Source: Clostridiales bacterium (GTDB lineage Bacteria > Bacillota > Clostridia > Lachnospirales > Lachnospiraceae). From it: a DNA stretch of 64,000 nucleotides. The translations under genes were made by a program, and so were the position numbers. Below the pieces are notes generated by a model. That model was not told where the DNA came from. It saw nothing but the letters and a program-made list of their open reading frames with translations, and searched no databases. Location: contig JAJBVE010000120.1 of NCBI GenBank assembly GCA_020859995.1, positions 2,121 to 66,120 of the forward strand. Reading direction: 5' to 3'. Positions 15,623-24,909 of the stretch are shown in pieces (within the stretch, counting starts at the first letter, position 1; every line of letters starts with the position of its first letter).

Positions 15623-17983
15623 ATGAGACAGTTAATAAGAAAAACGGAATATGGGGCGGTCTCTGCGAAGGTGGCTTCCCGGCTGTTTTCCATCGTGGAG
15701 TTTCTTACACTTTCTGTGTTATCTGTGATTTTAATGCTTGCCGTGCTTTCTGTGCCGATGTTGTCAGGTCTGGCTCCACGGTCGCTTTCTATGGTGGCCT
15801 CGGCGGCTGAGACGGGCTCGATTACTCTTTATCTTCCAGAGGACGCGCAGGGCGTGACGATGACGCTCTATCAGGTGGCGGATGGTGAATATGACAGCTT
15901 TGCCGTAAGCGGGGATTTTGCGGACAGCGAGGTGGAGATTCCGTCGACGAGTGAGGCGAGCGCGACAGAAAAGGCGGCGGAGCAGCTGGCGGCGTACGCG
16001 GAGGCGAATGGCATTGCGGGCACGTCGGTGCAGGCGGGCGCGGACGGGAAGGTGTATTTTGGAAACCTTTCCCCGGCCATGTATCTGATCGTGCAGTCGT
16101 CCGGGACGGAAACGATCGTGATTCAGAAGATGATAGTGCCGATCCCGTATCTGGCGGACACGGAGGGGAATTCTTCGTATGACGCGTTTTTGACGCCGAA
16201 GTATGACATCCCGTCCGGCGCGGTGATTCTCAATAAAGTGGACGACAGCGGCGCAGCGGTATTCAATGCGGTGTTTTCGCTGCAGCAAAAGGTATATATC
16301 AGTGAGAGCGGCAGCCTTTCGTCGGATACTGAGACGGGGCAGGACGTGAACGGACGCTATTACTGGAAGGATTTGCAGACGGGGCTGACTACGGATGAGA
16401 ATGGACAGATTGTGGTTTCGCCGCTGGATTTTGGAACTTATCGGTTTGTGGAGACGACGGTGCCGGAAGGCTATGTGCAGACGCCGGTGACGGTGTTTTT
16501 TGAGATTAGCGAGGCCGGCACGGTGAAACTTACCCGCGGTGTGTATACGGCTGCTTCAGGCAGTGTCCAGGAGTTGACAGCGGTGAATACGCGCACGACC
16601 GTGGAAATCAATAAGGTGGATGAGCTTGGCAAAGCGGTAGCCGAGGCGAAGCTGGTGATCAAGGACGAGGACGGACACGTGGTCTACGCGGCGGACGGAA
16701 CCACCGCCTGCAGCCTGAAGACGACAGAGGATACGAATATTCTCTATGGACTGCCCGCAGGGACCTATTACCTGAGTGAAGTGTCAGAGCCGGATGGCTA
16801 TAAATACGCGGCAGACGTGATGTTTACGGTGAGCGACGAGGAAGGCGCGGAAAACACCGTGACGATGGTAGACCCATCCCTTTCAACCGATACACCGAAA
16901 TCTTCTTCATCCGGTGATGAAACGGAAGTGACCGAAGGCACCCTGACCGTGTCCAAGACGCTGGTGACGCAGGATGGCGTGCATGTAGCCACAGATGATG
17001 CTGTCTTTTATGTGGCGCTCTTTAGTGACGCGGAGTACACGACCCGTGTTTCCGGCGTCAAGGAGATTTCCTATTCGGGCGCGAGCTCGAGCAGCGTGAC
17101 CTTCGAGCACCTGGATCTGGATACGGCTTATTATATCGCCGAGACAGATGAATATGGAGAGGTGCTGCTCACCGGCCTGACCGCCGACGGCGTGATCTAT
17201 GCGCCGGAATATCCGCAGGATGCTGACAGCTCCGCTGATGCATTCGTGACGCTGACAAAGACAGACAATGCAGGCGAATATTCCTTCGAGAATGTGTTCT
17301 ACGACCTCCCGTCCGGATACTATTATACCGGCGAAGTGACGATTACTAAACAGACCTTCCTCGGAGATGAGCCGTACGATACCGACGAAACCTTCTACGC
17401 GAGAGTTTTCTCAGATTCTTCGCATACGCAGTCGGTGAGCGACATCCTCGAACTGAAAATGGGCGGCGGCAGCACTTTCAGCTACACCGTTGAGCTGGGT
17501 ATAGGAGATGACGCAAGCGTCAGCGTGACCTACTACGTGGCCGAGACCGATGCCGACGGCAATCCGCTCAACAACGGCGCAGAGCTTGCCTTTACGATCG
17601 AGATAGACAAGACCTCCGTGACTCTGTCCACCAGCAGTCCGAGCGATGAAGTGACCATTACAAACACCTTCGAACCAGAGGAAGAGACTGAGTCCGGTAC
17701 CGAAAACGAGCCGGATGAGCCCGACACTGAGACCGAACCGACCGCCCAGACCGGGCCGGATACCGACAGCTCCTCCACGCCCGGCAGCACCCCGTCAGGC
17801 GGCAGTACGACCGACGGTTCCACAGGCGGCTCCGCGACAGACGAGTCGACCACGGCCTCACCCGTGCAGACGGCAGATGACACGCCGATCGGTCGCTATC
17901 TGGGATGGATGCTCGCCGCACTGATCCTGATGCTGGCAGTGGGGATCCGAAAGTACAGGAACAGAAGTGAGCGGCGTGGGTAA
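15623..17983 (+). CDS. Pilin-like SpaA/Cna-B surface protein with VQTAD-type sorting signal
   Basis: Signal or TM region. TLYQVADGEY start. E-box-like YRFVETTVPEGY and YYLSEVSEPDGYKY. Acidic/Thr-Pro linker. C-terminal SPVQTADDTPIGRYLGWMLAALILMLAVGIRKYRNRSERRG (motif, then hydrophobic segment, then basic tail). Confidence 0.7.
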   Translation: MRQLIRKTEYGAVSAKVASRLFSIVEFLTLSVLSVILMLAVLSVPMLSGLAPRSLSMVASAAETGSITLYLPEDAQGVTMTLYQVADGEYDSFAVSGDFADSEVEIPSTSEASATEKAAEQLAAYAEANGIAGTSVQAGADGKVYFGNLSPAMYLIVQSSGTETIVIQKMIVPIPYLADTEGNSSYDAFLTPKYDIPSGAVILNKVDDSGAAVFNAVFSLQQKVYISESGSLSSDTETGQDVNGRYYWKDLQTGLTTDENGQIVVSPLDFGTYRFVETTVPEGYVQTPVTVFFEISEAGTVKLTRGVYTAASGSVQELTAVNTRTTVEINKVDELGKAVAEAKLVIKDEDGHVVYAADGTTACSLKTTEDTNILYGLPAGTYYLSEVSEPDGYKYAADVMFTVSDEEGAENTVTMVDPSLSTDTPKSSSSGDETEVTEGTLTVSKTLVTQDGVHVATDDAVFYVALFSDAEYTTRVSGVKEISYSGASSSSVTFEHLDLDTAYYIAETDEYGEVLLTGLTADGVIYAPEYPQDADSSADAFVTLTKTDNAGEYSFENVFYDLPSGYYYTGEVTITKQTFLGDEPYDTDETFYARVFSDSSHTQSVSDILELKMGGGSTFSYTVELGIGDDASVSVTYYVAETDADGNPLNNGAELAFTIEIDKTSVTLSTSSPSDEVTITNTFEPEEETESGTENEPDEPDTETEPTAQTGPDTDSSSTPGSTPSGGSTTDGSTGGSATDESTTASPVQTADDTPIGRYLGWMLAALILMLAVGIRKYRNRSERRG

Positions 17984-18108
17984 AGGTGATTGAGGAAAAC
18001 CAAAGGAGCGCTTAAAAAGAGAGAATTGAATAAAAAGAGAAGCGAGTAAAAAAAAGAGAGTCGCTTAAAAAGGCGGGAGCGTTTAAAAAGGAAGAATTGC
18101 TTTAAAAA

Positions 18109-18155
18109 AGAACTTCCCCGGCTTGTCATTGACAGACCAGGGGAATTCTTTTGAT
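18109..18155 (+). terminator. Candidate terminator after the 786-aa surface protein gene
   Basis: Imperfect hairpin gaacttccccgg ... ccaggggaattc followed by TTTTG. Confidence 0.4.
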
Positions 18156-18220
18156 TGCAGTGCATAGTCTCTGCTTAACATCATTTGGTCTTGGCTACAC
18201 GATTGGTAGCAACAAGACAC

Positions 18221-18261
18221 AAAAATAACCGCCCTCAGCTACCAACTGCGCGGTTATTTTT
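18221..18261. terminator. Bidirectional rho-independent terminator
   Basis: Perfect 12-bp stem aaaaataaccgc / gcggttattttt, with an A-run on the left and a T-run on the right. It sits between convergent genes. Confidence 0.6.
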
Positions 18262-18439
18262 ATAATAACTAAACATTTGGGAACTAGCCGTCATGCTGTA
18301 CGGGTAGCACTGTTTTTCCACATCAAGACTATAACACGGTTTTCTCGATATTACAAGCTGTTTTTTTGCAGAATTTATATTTGTGTTGGTTTGTGTCAGC
18401 TTGACTTTGCTTGAAGCTGCGGTCCAAAAGGCTTTTACG

Positions 18440-19435
18440 CTAAATCAATCCGAGCTGTTTCTTCAGTCTTTGCAACTCAGCCTCAGATCTGCGAGCATCA
18501 GCTTCAGCTTTGCGAGCATCAGCTTCAGCTCTGCGAGCATCAGCCTCGGCTTTTTCAGCACGTTGCCGTTCACGTTCCGTGTTTTTTCGCTCTTCTGCAC
18601 GGCCTTCTTTACGCCCGTCTTCTACCAGTAATTGTCCAAGATATGTCATTTTGATCTCCCCCTTGAGTTGTGATAATTCAGTGTTTGTCAGAAATTTAGT
18701 AGCCATTGCGTAAACAGCTGCTTCGATTTTTTCAACATCTGGTCTTGACACATTATCCGCTTTTGCAGTGATTTCGAATGCGGCGCGGATGCGCTCCTGT
18801 TGGGAGCTCTTACCGCCGTAGAGCGGAAGCAGCGGCAGCGTGACCAGGTCGCTGCGTGTGAGAGGCTCGCCCCTGTCTATCTTTGCCCGCAAGTCTGCCA
18901 GTAGTGAGTCTGCGTCCTCTTTGCTCATGATGATGGGAATTACCTTATAAAGATTGATTCCGTCTTCCAGCTCTGCCATAGGGTCCATGATATGTCCGGA
19001 AAACAGCACATATGTAATCACAGGCTTTTTCATCTTGTAGCTGAGGCTGCTTTCGTAGACTCTAAAGCGCCGCAGACCTTCGGTGCCTTTATTCGTAGAC
19101 TGGAATTCAAAATGCGCGATGCTGCCGTCCTCCATTTCGAGGTTGAAGTCCTCATAGCCTTTGCTAAGTTTAATCTGGACTTCTTCTGTGGCTAAAATTC
19201 CGGTGGCTTTCGTCGTGATGCCGAAAACCGGGAGCATCTCTTCGGAGAAGAATTCCATCATGACCTTCATCACGCCATCCTCGACCTTGTCCACAACATA
19301 GGAATCGGATTTGACCAGGACTGTTTTCTCGTTTTTATTGTCTTCTTTTTTATTGTCTTTGTTTTTTCTGTTCTTGATTCTTGCCGTTGATGGGCCTTTA
19401 CGGCCTCTAGTGGGTGATTTCGTTCTTCTTCTCAT
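18440..19435 (-). CDS. Rpn/YhgA-like PD-(D/E)XK protein (putative recombination-promoting nuclease / transposase-like)
   Basis: 332 aa from the ATG at 19435 (RBS agaggtag). Core EDFNLEMEDGSIAHFEFQS...RRFRVYES fits the Rpn-type D...E-x-Q/K arrangement. C-terminal coiled coil with AEADAR repeats (EKAEADARRAEADARKAEADARRSEAE). The tracked ORF extends 127 codons further upstream through AT-rich sequence. Confidence 0.55.
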   Translation of the reverse strand: MRRRTKSPTRGRKGPSTARIKNRKNKDNKKEDNKNEKTVLVKSDSYVVDKVEDGVMKVMMEFFSEEMLPVFGITTKATGILATEEVQIKLSKGYEDFNLEMEDGSIAHFEFQSTNKGTEGLRRFRVYESSLSYKMKKPVITYVLFSGHIMDPMAELEDGINLYKVIPIIMSKEDADSLLADLRAKIDRGEPLTRSDLVTLPLLPLYGGKSSQQERIRAAFEITAKADNVSRPDVEKIEAAVYAMATKFLTNTELSQLKGEIKMTYLGQLLVEDGRKEGRAEERKNTERERQRAEKAEADARRAEADARKAEADARRSEAELQRLKKQLGLI

Positions 19436-19934
19436 ACATTCTACCTCTTTTCGTTCGAAATTACTACCCTTTCTGAAATTTTTACAATGTTTTTGCCACA
19501 GTTTTTTGCCACAGCTGTTTCTGCCGCTGTTTTTTGCAGGGACTTTTCCTGCGATTTTTCCTGACACACAGTAGTGCGAAGCGGACGGATGTTTTTTTAG
19601 AGTGAGGTACTTTGGATTCTGATAGTAGATTTCAGATATTTTCAGCTTTGGTAGGAATTCTGAATGCATAAAGAATGTTACGGATAAAATATCATACAGA
19701 CTAAAATAAAGCAACATAAATATTATTAAGAATTTATAAACCGAGAAACACAGACTAGACACAGACTGGCAGGATATAATTAATGTGAGATAAACTTTGA
19801 TCGTGAATAGCTTCAAAAGGAGGGACAGCCGTGTTTTTCCCTCAAAAATAACACTTGCAAAATATATATTAATAATATATAATAAATTTTAAAAATATAC
19901 ATCATAAAGGAACAATGGTGCAAGGAGGACAAGG

Positions 19935-21614
19935 ATGGGAGTCATGTTGTATCTGGATATTGATCCAAACCGAATCAAGTCAAAGAAATGGAAACGTGTA
20001 TATGAGGAGAGCCTGCTGCTGGTAGATGAGTATCCATTTATGGATAAATACACGGGGATTTGCGAGAACGGCTGCGAATATTTTTATGGTGCGTGGAGCG
20101 GGGAACGTGATGATTTACATGACCTGTATGGAAAAGTGCGCGGGTGGAGAAGTATAGGCGATCTGTGGACCGGTTCTAATACTGAGGAATTTGAGATGTA
20201 TGCGGATATTGAGCGTTACCGTCAGCGTGTGAAAAAGCAGAAAGAAGATCAGAAGTGGGATATTCTGGCAGGTCGGTTTTATCCGCGGGAGGCTTATCCT
20301 GAGCTGGAGATTCCGGATGAAGAGGCTATATATTCGGTGTTTAGTGCGAAAACTCAGGGGCAGGACAGTCATCTTTATCTGCTGGCAATTGCCTGTATGG
20401 TGGTGGATCGTCTTCCGGATGCGGCTGCAGTTTACGGCGATATTAATGTCGGACAATGCCGTGCCGCAGTCTCATGGGCGAATCAGTTTCTTACAAAGCC
20501 GATTGGTTTGCCGGTGCAGTGTGAAGCCAGACGTTTGATTCAACGTCTCATGAAAATGGACAGTTCGAAGAAAATGCTTGAGAGCGGCCGGATTCTGGAA
20601 CTGTTTTTTCAGCTGACGCTGGAAAACAGAGATACAAAAATGGGGGAAGTGTTGCGGGAGTTCGTCCCGGAGGATGCGATTTTTGCATATTATAAGGCGG
20701 AATTTACGGCTGATAAAGACTGGCTTTCGAAAGAAAAGGTACGTGAATTTCTGGAACTGGGATTTGAACCGGAGGAGCTGGCCAGGCTTCTGGTAACGGA
20801 TCAGGATGGACGGAGAATGCAGCCGCAGGATTTTTTTGATATGCTTTTAGAAATGCAGCTTCACGTAGAAAAGAAAAAGACATACGATGTGACGCGCGGC
20901 GACATGACAAATTCCAAGCCGGATGATATTCAAATGCTGATGACAAGAGCTTTTGGAAAAATGCTGGGGTTTGGGAACCGGAATGTGAATGCCTATTATC
21001 CATTAGAAGAGATTGTCCGAAGATGCAAAACAGTTATGAGTCATTTTTGCGATGTGGATGAGATGATCAGGGGAGCGTTAGATCGGGACAGGGAACGAAG
21101 GGAGACGCTTGATTCCCCTGCTGATTCGCTGCAGCACTTCTTTCACGAGGAAGGAGGCGGGTTTTCACAGATGGTGGAATTATATCAGCAGAAACAAGAT
21201 GAACTGGAGCAGTACGACATCAAAAACATGGAGGAGATTGTTTATTACGAAAATGGGGATGCGATTGCGCCTGAAGTGGAACAAGTCCTCAGAGAGACAT
21301 TTGAAGCACTGCATTCCTTTACGGATGGTTTTGAGAATTTTAAAAAGTTGAATAAATATGGCAGAGAGGGATTTTTCATCCATCGTAATCGGCATATTTT
21401 GATTCAGGAGGAAACATGGGAGCGCATTTTCGACCGGATTATGGATGATGACTACATCCGGCGGTTTTATGCAATCTCTATAGTGAACATGACATCTCAA
21501 CAGATCTGTGACCGTATGGAGGCTATTCTGAGTAATCTGGAGCTGCTGGATGATTATTGGGATTCCACCTCCGGGACGGACGATTGCCGGGAAACAATGG
21601 CAGTGATGGAATGA
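19935..21614 (+). CDS. Hypothetical cytoplasmic protein (559 aa), no recognisable domain
   Basis: Strong RBS gcaaggagga. Long uninterrupted ORF with ordinary amino-acid composition and no signal peptide or TM. An AT-rich spacer of about 500 bp precedes it. Confidence 0.6.
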   Translation: MGVMLYLDIDPNRIKSKKWKRVYEESLLLVDEYPFMDKYTGICENGCEYFYGAWSGERDDLHDLYGKVRGWRSIGDLWTGSNTEEFEMYADIERYRQRVKKQKEDQKWDILAGRFYPREAYPELEIPDEEAIYSVFSAKTQGQDSHLYLLAIACMVVDRLPDAAAVYGDINVGQCRAAVSWANQFLTKPIGLPVQCEARRLIQRLMKMDSSKKMLESGRILELFFQLTLENRDTKMGEVLREFVPEDAIFAYYKAEFTADKDWLSKEKVREFLELGFEPEELARLLVTDQDGRRMQPQDFFDMLLEMQLHVEKKKTYDVTRGDMTNSKPDDIQMLMTRAFGKMLGFGNRNVNAYYPLEEIVRRCKTVMSHFCDVDEMIRGALDRDRERRETLDSPADSLQHFFHEEGGGFSQMVELYQQKQDELEQYDIKNMEEIVYYENGDAIAPEVEQVLRETFEALHSFTDGFENFKKLNKYGREGFFIHRNRHILIQEETWERIFDRIMDDDYIRRFYAISIVNMTSQQICDRMEAILSNLELLDDYWDSTSGTDDCRETMAVME

Positions 21615-21738
21615 GGCATGCAGATAGAAAAAATGTCCTTGAAACGAGAGCGGCAGATTGCTGCTCTCTACGTTGTCCTTTGAAGCAAAACAGAAATAAC
21701 CGCTTTCCCAGGGCGGCCAGCGACGGCCTGGGGATTCG

Positions 21739-21984
21739 CTGACAGACGACAGAAAATCTCTCATTGAAGGAGACCTGGATTTGTGATATTCTAAACCATA
21801 TAAAACCCGGGATGATTCGTTTATCTGTCACGAGTGCGGAAGGCTTGAACGGGGACAGAGTAGTTGGGAGGTATAAGGCGGATGGGATATTATCTGAATA
21901 GTACGCAGGCATTTTCTCTGTATAGAAGCGAGGCGGAGAGCCCATACTTTGTTGACAAGACAATGCTTCTGAGAGAATTGATTC
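21739..21984 (+). repeat. Copy B of duplicated leader plus 5' end of AAA-ATPase-like gene
   Basis: See 13655-13900. The same conserved blocks appear in the same order. Confidence 0.8.
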
Positions 21985-21992
21985 TTCTTTGA
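21882..21992 (+). pseudogene. Truncated AAA-ATPase-like gene (first 34 codons only)
   Basis: Encodes MGYYLNSTQAFSLYRSEAESPYFVDKTMLLRELI, then LL-stop. It matches the first 34 codons of the 13798 gene, and homology ends abruptly at 21984. Confidence 0.8.
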
Positions 21993-22184
21993 GAAAAATG
22001 TTTTCTATAAGCAAAGATGACAAAGATGATGTAAAGCAAAACGTCCCATAAAAAACGCCTTGCACGATCAACCGCATTATGCTACGATTGTGCTGCGATA
22101 CCAAAGAAAAAGATTTTCCTGAGACTCAGAATTTAACAGCATTCAGAAGGAAAAAGAGAAAACAGAGAGGAAGAGTAGAAACTC

Positions 22185-23036
22185 ATGAATGAAATCGCGA
22201 ACGCAGTAAAACGGTGTATTGGCTTTATTTTGCTGTCTTTGTTTCTTGCGCTTACCCCGTGCAGCGTGTCCCTGCCCGGTGTATCTGACAGCATAAATGT
22301 GCAGGCGGCATCCGCCGCTTCAGTGAAGCTAAGCGACACTTCCGTCACACTGATTAAGGGACAGACGACAAAGCTGACTATCAGCGGGACGGACAGTACG
22401 GTTACCTGGAAAAGCAACAAGAAGTCCATCGCGAAGGTAAATGCGAAGGGTAAGGTGACCGCCCTGAAAAATGGTGCGGCGACGATCACGGCGATCGTAG
22501 ATGGCGCAAAATATAAGTGCAAGGTAACGGTGGTCACGCCGTCGATCAGTGCAAAAACGGTTTCTCTGACTGTTGGGAAAACGAAGAAGCTGAAGATCAG
22601 CGGCACTACAGAAACGGTGACGTGGAAATCTTCTAATAAAAAAGTAGCCACTGTGAGCAAAAGCGGCAAGATTACGGCTAAAAAAGCTGGCACAGCGACC
22701 ATCACGGCTACGGTGCTTGGAAAGAAATATAAATGCGTAGTGACGGTGTCGAAAGCGGCGGCTTCTTCGGACTCTTCGAGTTCTGATTCGAATACTTCCG
22801 GCTCCTCGTCTTCTGGTTCAACATCAAGCTCAGCTGCCTCATCGGGTTCGGCTTCATCGTCGAGTTCGACATCCAGTTCATCTTCGTCTGCCACAACCTC
22901 TTCGGTCGTGTATATAACGAAAACTGGCTCAAAGTATCACCGCGCGGGCTGCCGCTATTTGTCCAGCAGTATGATAGAGATTGATCTGTCTACAGCTGTC
23001 GCAAAGGGGTATGAGGCGTGCAGTGTATGTAATTAG
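22185..23036 (+). CDS. Secreted Big_2 (bacterial Ig-like) repeat protein with Ser-rich linker and C-terminal Cys/His module
   Basis: Signal peptide. Three Big_2-like repeats (VKLSDTSVTLIKGQTTKLTISG..., SAKTVSLTVGKTKKLKISG...). A poly-Ser tract of about 50 aa. C-terminal VYITKTGSKYHRAGCRYL...GYEACSVCN. Confidence 0.75.
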   Translation: MNEIANAVKRCIGFILLSLFLALTPCSVSLPGVSDSINVQAASAASVKLSDTSVTLIKGQTTKLTISGTDSTVTWKSNKKSIAKVNAKGKVTALKNGAATITAIVDGAKYKCKVTVVTPSISAKTVSLTVGKTKKLKISGTTETVTWKSSNKKVATVSKSGKITAKKAGTATITATVLGKKYKCVVTVSKAAASSDSSSSDSNTSGSSSSGSTSSSAASSGSASSSSSTSSSSSSATTSSVVYITKTGSKYHRAGCRYLSSSMIEIDLSTAVAKGYEACSVCN

Positions 23037-23466
23037 CGGACTCTAATCGATATGCGATAATTCTGACTTTGTTGAAAATTTTCTGTATAAGGGCAGGCGC
23101 CGCAGTTGATTTTATCTAATGGCGGATGGTTTATGGCCCTGGAAAATACTAATATTAATATTTATAAAGAAATAATTAACAAACAGACAGTATATGCTAT
23201 ACTATAATGGTATGGCGATTAACATAGAGAGAATCGGAAATTTTTCTTTCAGGTTTTTTTAGATAGGTACTATCATGAAATGAAAAAAGATGATATGATA
23301 GCGGGAGGAAAATCTCCTGATGAGGGTACACGTTTCACATCAGAAGGGAGATTTCGGATGACACAGACAATGAATCAGAAATGACGCGCGGCAGCGCGTA
23401 TGAATCGGGGAGAGAGGAGTGTCAGCACTCCTGAGTATTATATAAAGAAATCGGAGGAACGCAACG

Positions 23467-24756
23467 ATGAATTTACCCAGTAAGGAGACTTTGGAACGCA
23501 TTTACGGTGAGAGTGAGAAGAGTCTGGCACGTTATCAGTCGCTGGCGGAAAATTACCGGAAAAATTTTGCTCCGGAAAAGAAGGACGCCGCCCAGTGCGA
23601 GATGGCATTTTTTACAGCGCCGGGGCGGACGGAGATCGTGGGCAACCACACGGACCACAATGGCGGTAAGATTCTTGCGGGCAGCATCAGTCTGGATACG
23701 ATCGGCGCTGCTTATCCGAGCGGCACAGACGTGATCACGATCGTGAGCGAAGGCTACCGCGACCGGATTATCGTGGATCTGACCAGGCTTGACCGGGTGC
23801 CGAAGAATCGGGGCAGTTTTTCCCTGGTAGCCGGGATGGCGATGGCGGCGCGGGAGATGGGCTTTGCCGTTTCAGGGTTTAATGCCTACGTTTCCACAGA
23901 GGTGATTTCGGCGGCCGGTGTCAGCTCATCGGCGTCTTTTGAGATGCTCGTTTGCGCGATTGTGAATAGCTTTTTCAATGAGGGACGGATGCACTATATT
24001 GATTACGCGCGGATTGGCCAGTACGCGGAAAACCATTTCTGGGACAAGGCCTCTGGTCTGATGGATCAGATGGCTTGCGCGGTCGGCGGCACGATTCTGC
24101 TGGATTTCGCGAAGATTGCCGGCACACCGACAGCACTGTCTTCGGTGACCGATGACGACATCTGCCGTCAGGTCGATTTTTCCTTTTCACAGCTGGGATA
24201 CGAGCTGGTGATCGTAAATACAGGCAAAGGCCACGCGGACCTGAGCGATGAGTACTCCAGTGTTCCCATGGAGATGAAGGAGGCCGCGCGCGCGCTCGGC
24301 GCCGGGCTGCTCTGCGAGACGGACGAGGAGACACTGCTTGCGCATGTTTCCGATATTTCCAATGATCGGGCGATTTTGCGCGCACTGCATTTCTTTGAAG
24401 AGAACAAGCGTGTGGACGCGGCTTATCAGGCGGCTCTGGACCGCGACGGCGCGACGCTTCTGAAGATGATCGAAGAGTCCGGGCGTTCCTCCTGGGAGTG
24501 GCTGCAGAACTGCTATTCCATCCGCAATTACAAGGAGCAGAAGGTGAACCTGACCCTCGCCCTGACCAGGCTGTTCCTGGATCGCACAGGCAAAGGTGTC
24601 TGCCGTGTGCATGGCGGCGGGTTTGCCGGCGTAATCGCCTGCATACTTCCACAGGAAGAAAAGGAAAATTATGTAAACTATATCGCCCAGTATGTGGGCA
24701 GAGACAATGTCTATCCGATGAACATCCGGACATTTGGAGCCGGAAGGGTGGAGTAG
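23467..24756 (+). CDS. Galactokinase-family GHMP sugar kinase
   Basis: APGRTEIVGNHTDHNGG (GalK signature variant), GHMP motif region and GGGFAG near the C-terminus. RBS ggagga. Confidence 0.75.
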   Translation: MNLPSKETLERIYGESEKSLARYQSLAENYRKNFAPEKKDAAQCEMAFFTAPGRTEIVGNHTDHNGGKILAGSISLDTIGAAYPSGTDVITIVSEGYRDRIIVDLTRLDRVPKNRGSFSLVAGMAMAAREMGFAVSGFNAYVSTEVISAAGVSSSASFEMLVCAIVNSFFNEGRMHYIDYARIGQYAENHFWDKASGLMDQMACAVGGTILLDFAKIAGTPTALSSVTDDDICRQVDFSFSQLGYELVIVNTGKGHADLSDEYSSVPMEMKEAARALGAGLLCETDEETLLAHVSDISNDRAILRALHFFEENKRVDAAYQAALDRDGATLLKMIEESGRSSWEWLQNCYSIRNYKEQKVNLTLALTRLFLDRTGKGVCRVHGGGFAGVIACILPQEEKENYVNYIAQYVGRDNVYPMNIRTFGAGRVE

Positions 24757-24800
24757 ACGAAGAAAAGCAAAACGAATGAGGCAGATGCCTGATTCTGAAA

Positions 24801-24890
24801 TCAGAAACAGTAAGATCAGAAACAGTAAGATCAGAAACAGTAAGATCAGAAACAGTAAGATCGGAAACAGGAAGATCAGAAACTGGAAGA
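24801..24890. repeat. 15-bp x 6 tandem repeat (tcagaaacagtaaga)
   Basis: Four perfect and two degenerate units, ending 2 nt before the RBS aaggagg of yqeY. Confidence 0.9.
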
Positions 24891-24909
24891 ACAAGGAGGC
24901 AAAACGAAT

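Noticed and set aside
18440-19816. The tracked 458-aa version of the Rpn-like ORF.
   Set aside because: The first 127 codons run through the AT-rich intergenic region (MKLFTIKVYLTLIISCQ...) and look non-coding. The ATG at 19435 has an RBS and starts the conserved part.
21523-22104. A 193-aa minus-strand ORF spanning the truncated ATPase stub.
   Set aside because: It crosses an intergenic region and a pseudogene on the wrong strand, and has no RBS or motifs.
22133-22894. A 253-aa antisense ORF opposite the Big_2 gene, with an acidic N-terminus.
   Set aside because: It is the mirror of the poly-Ser tract and the Big_2 repeats. The sense strand has a signal peptide, an RBS and clear domain repeats.
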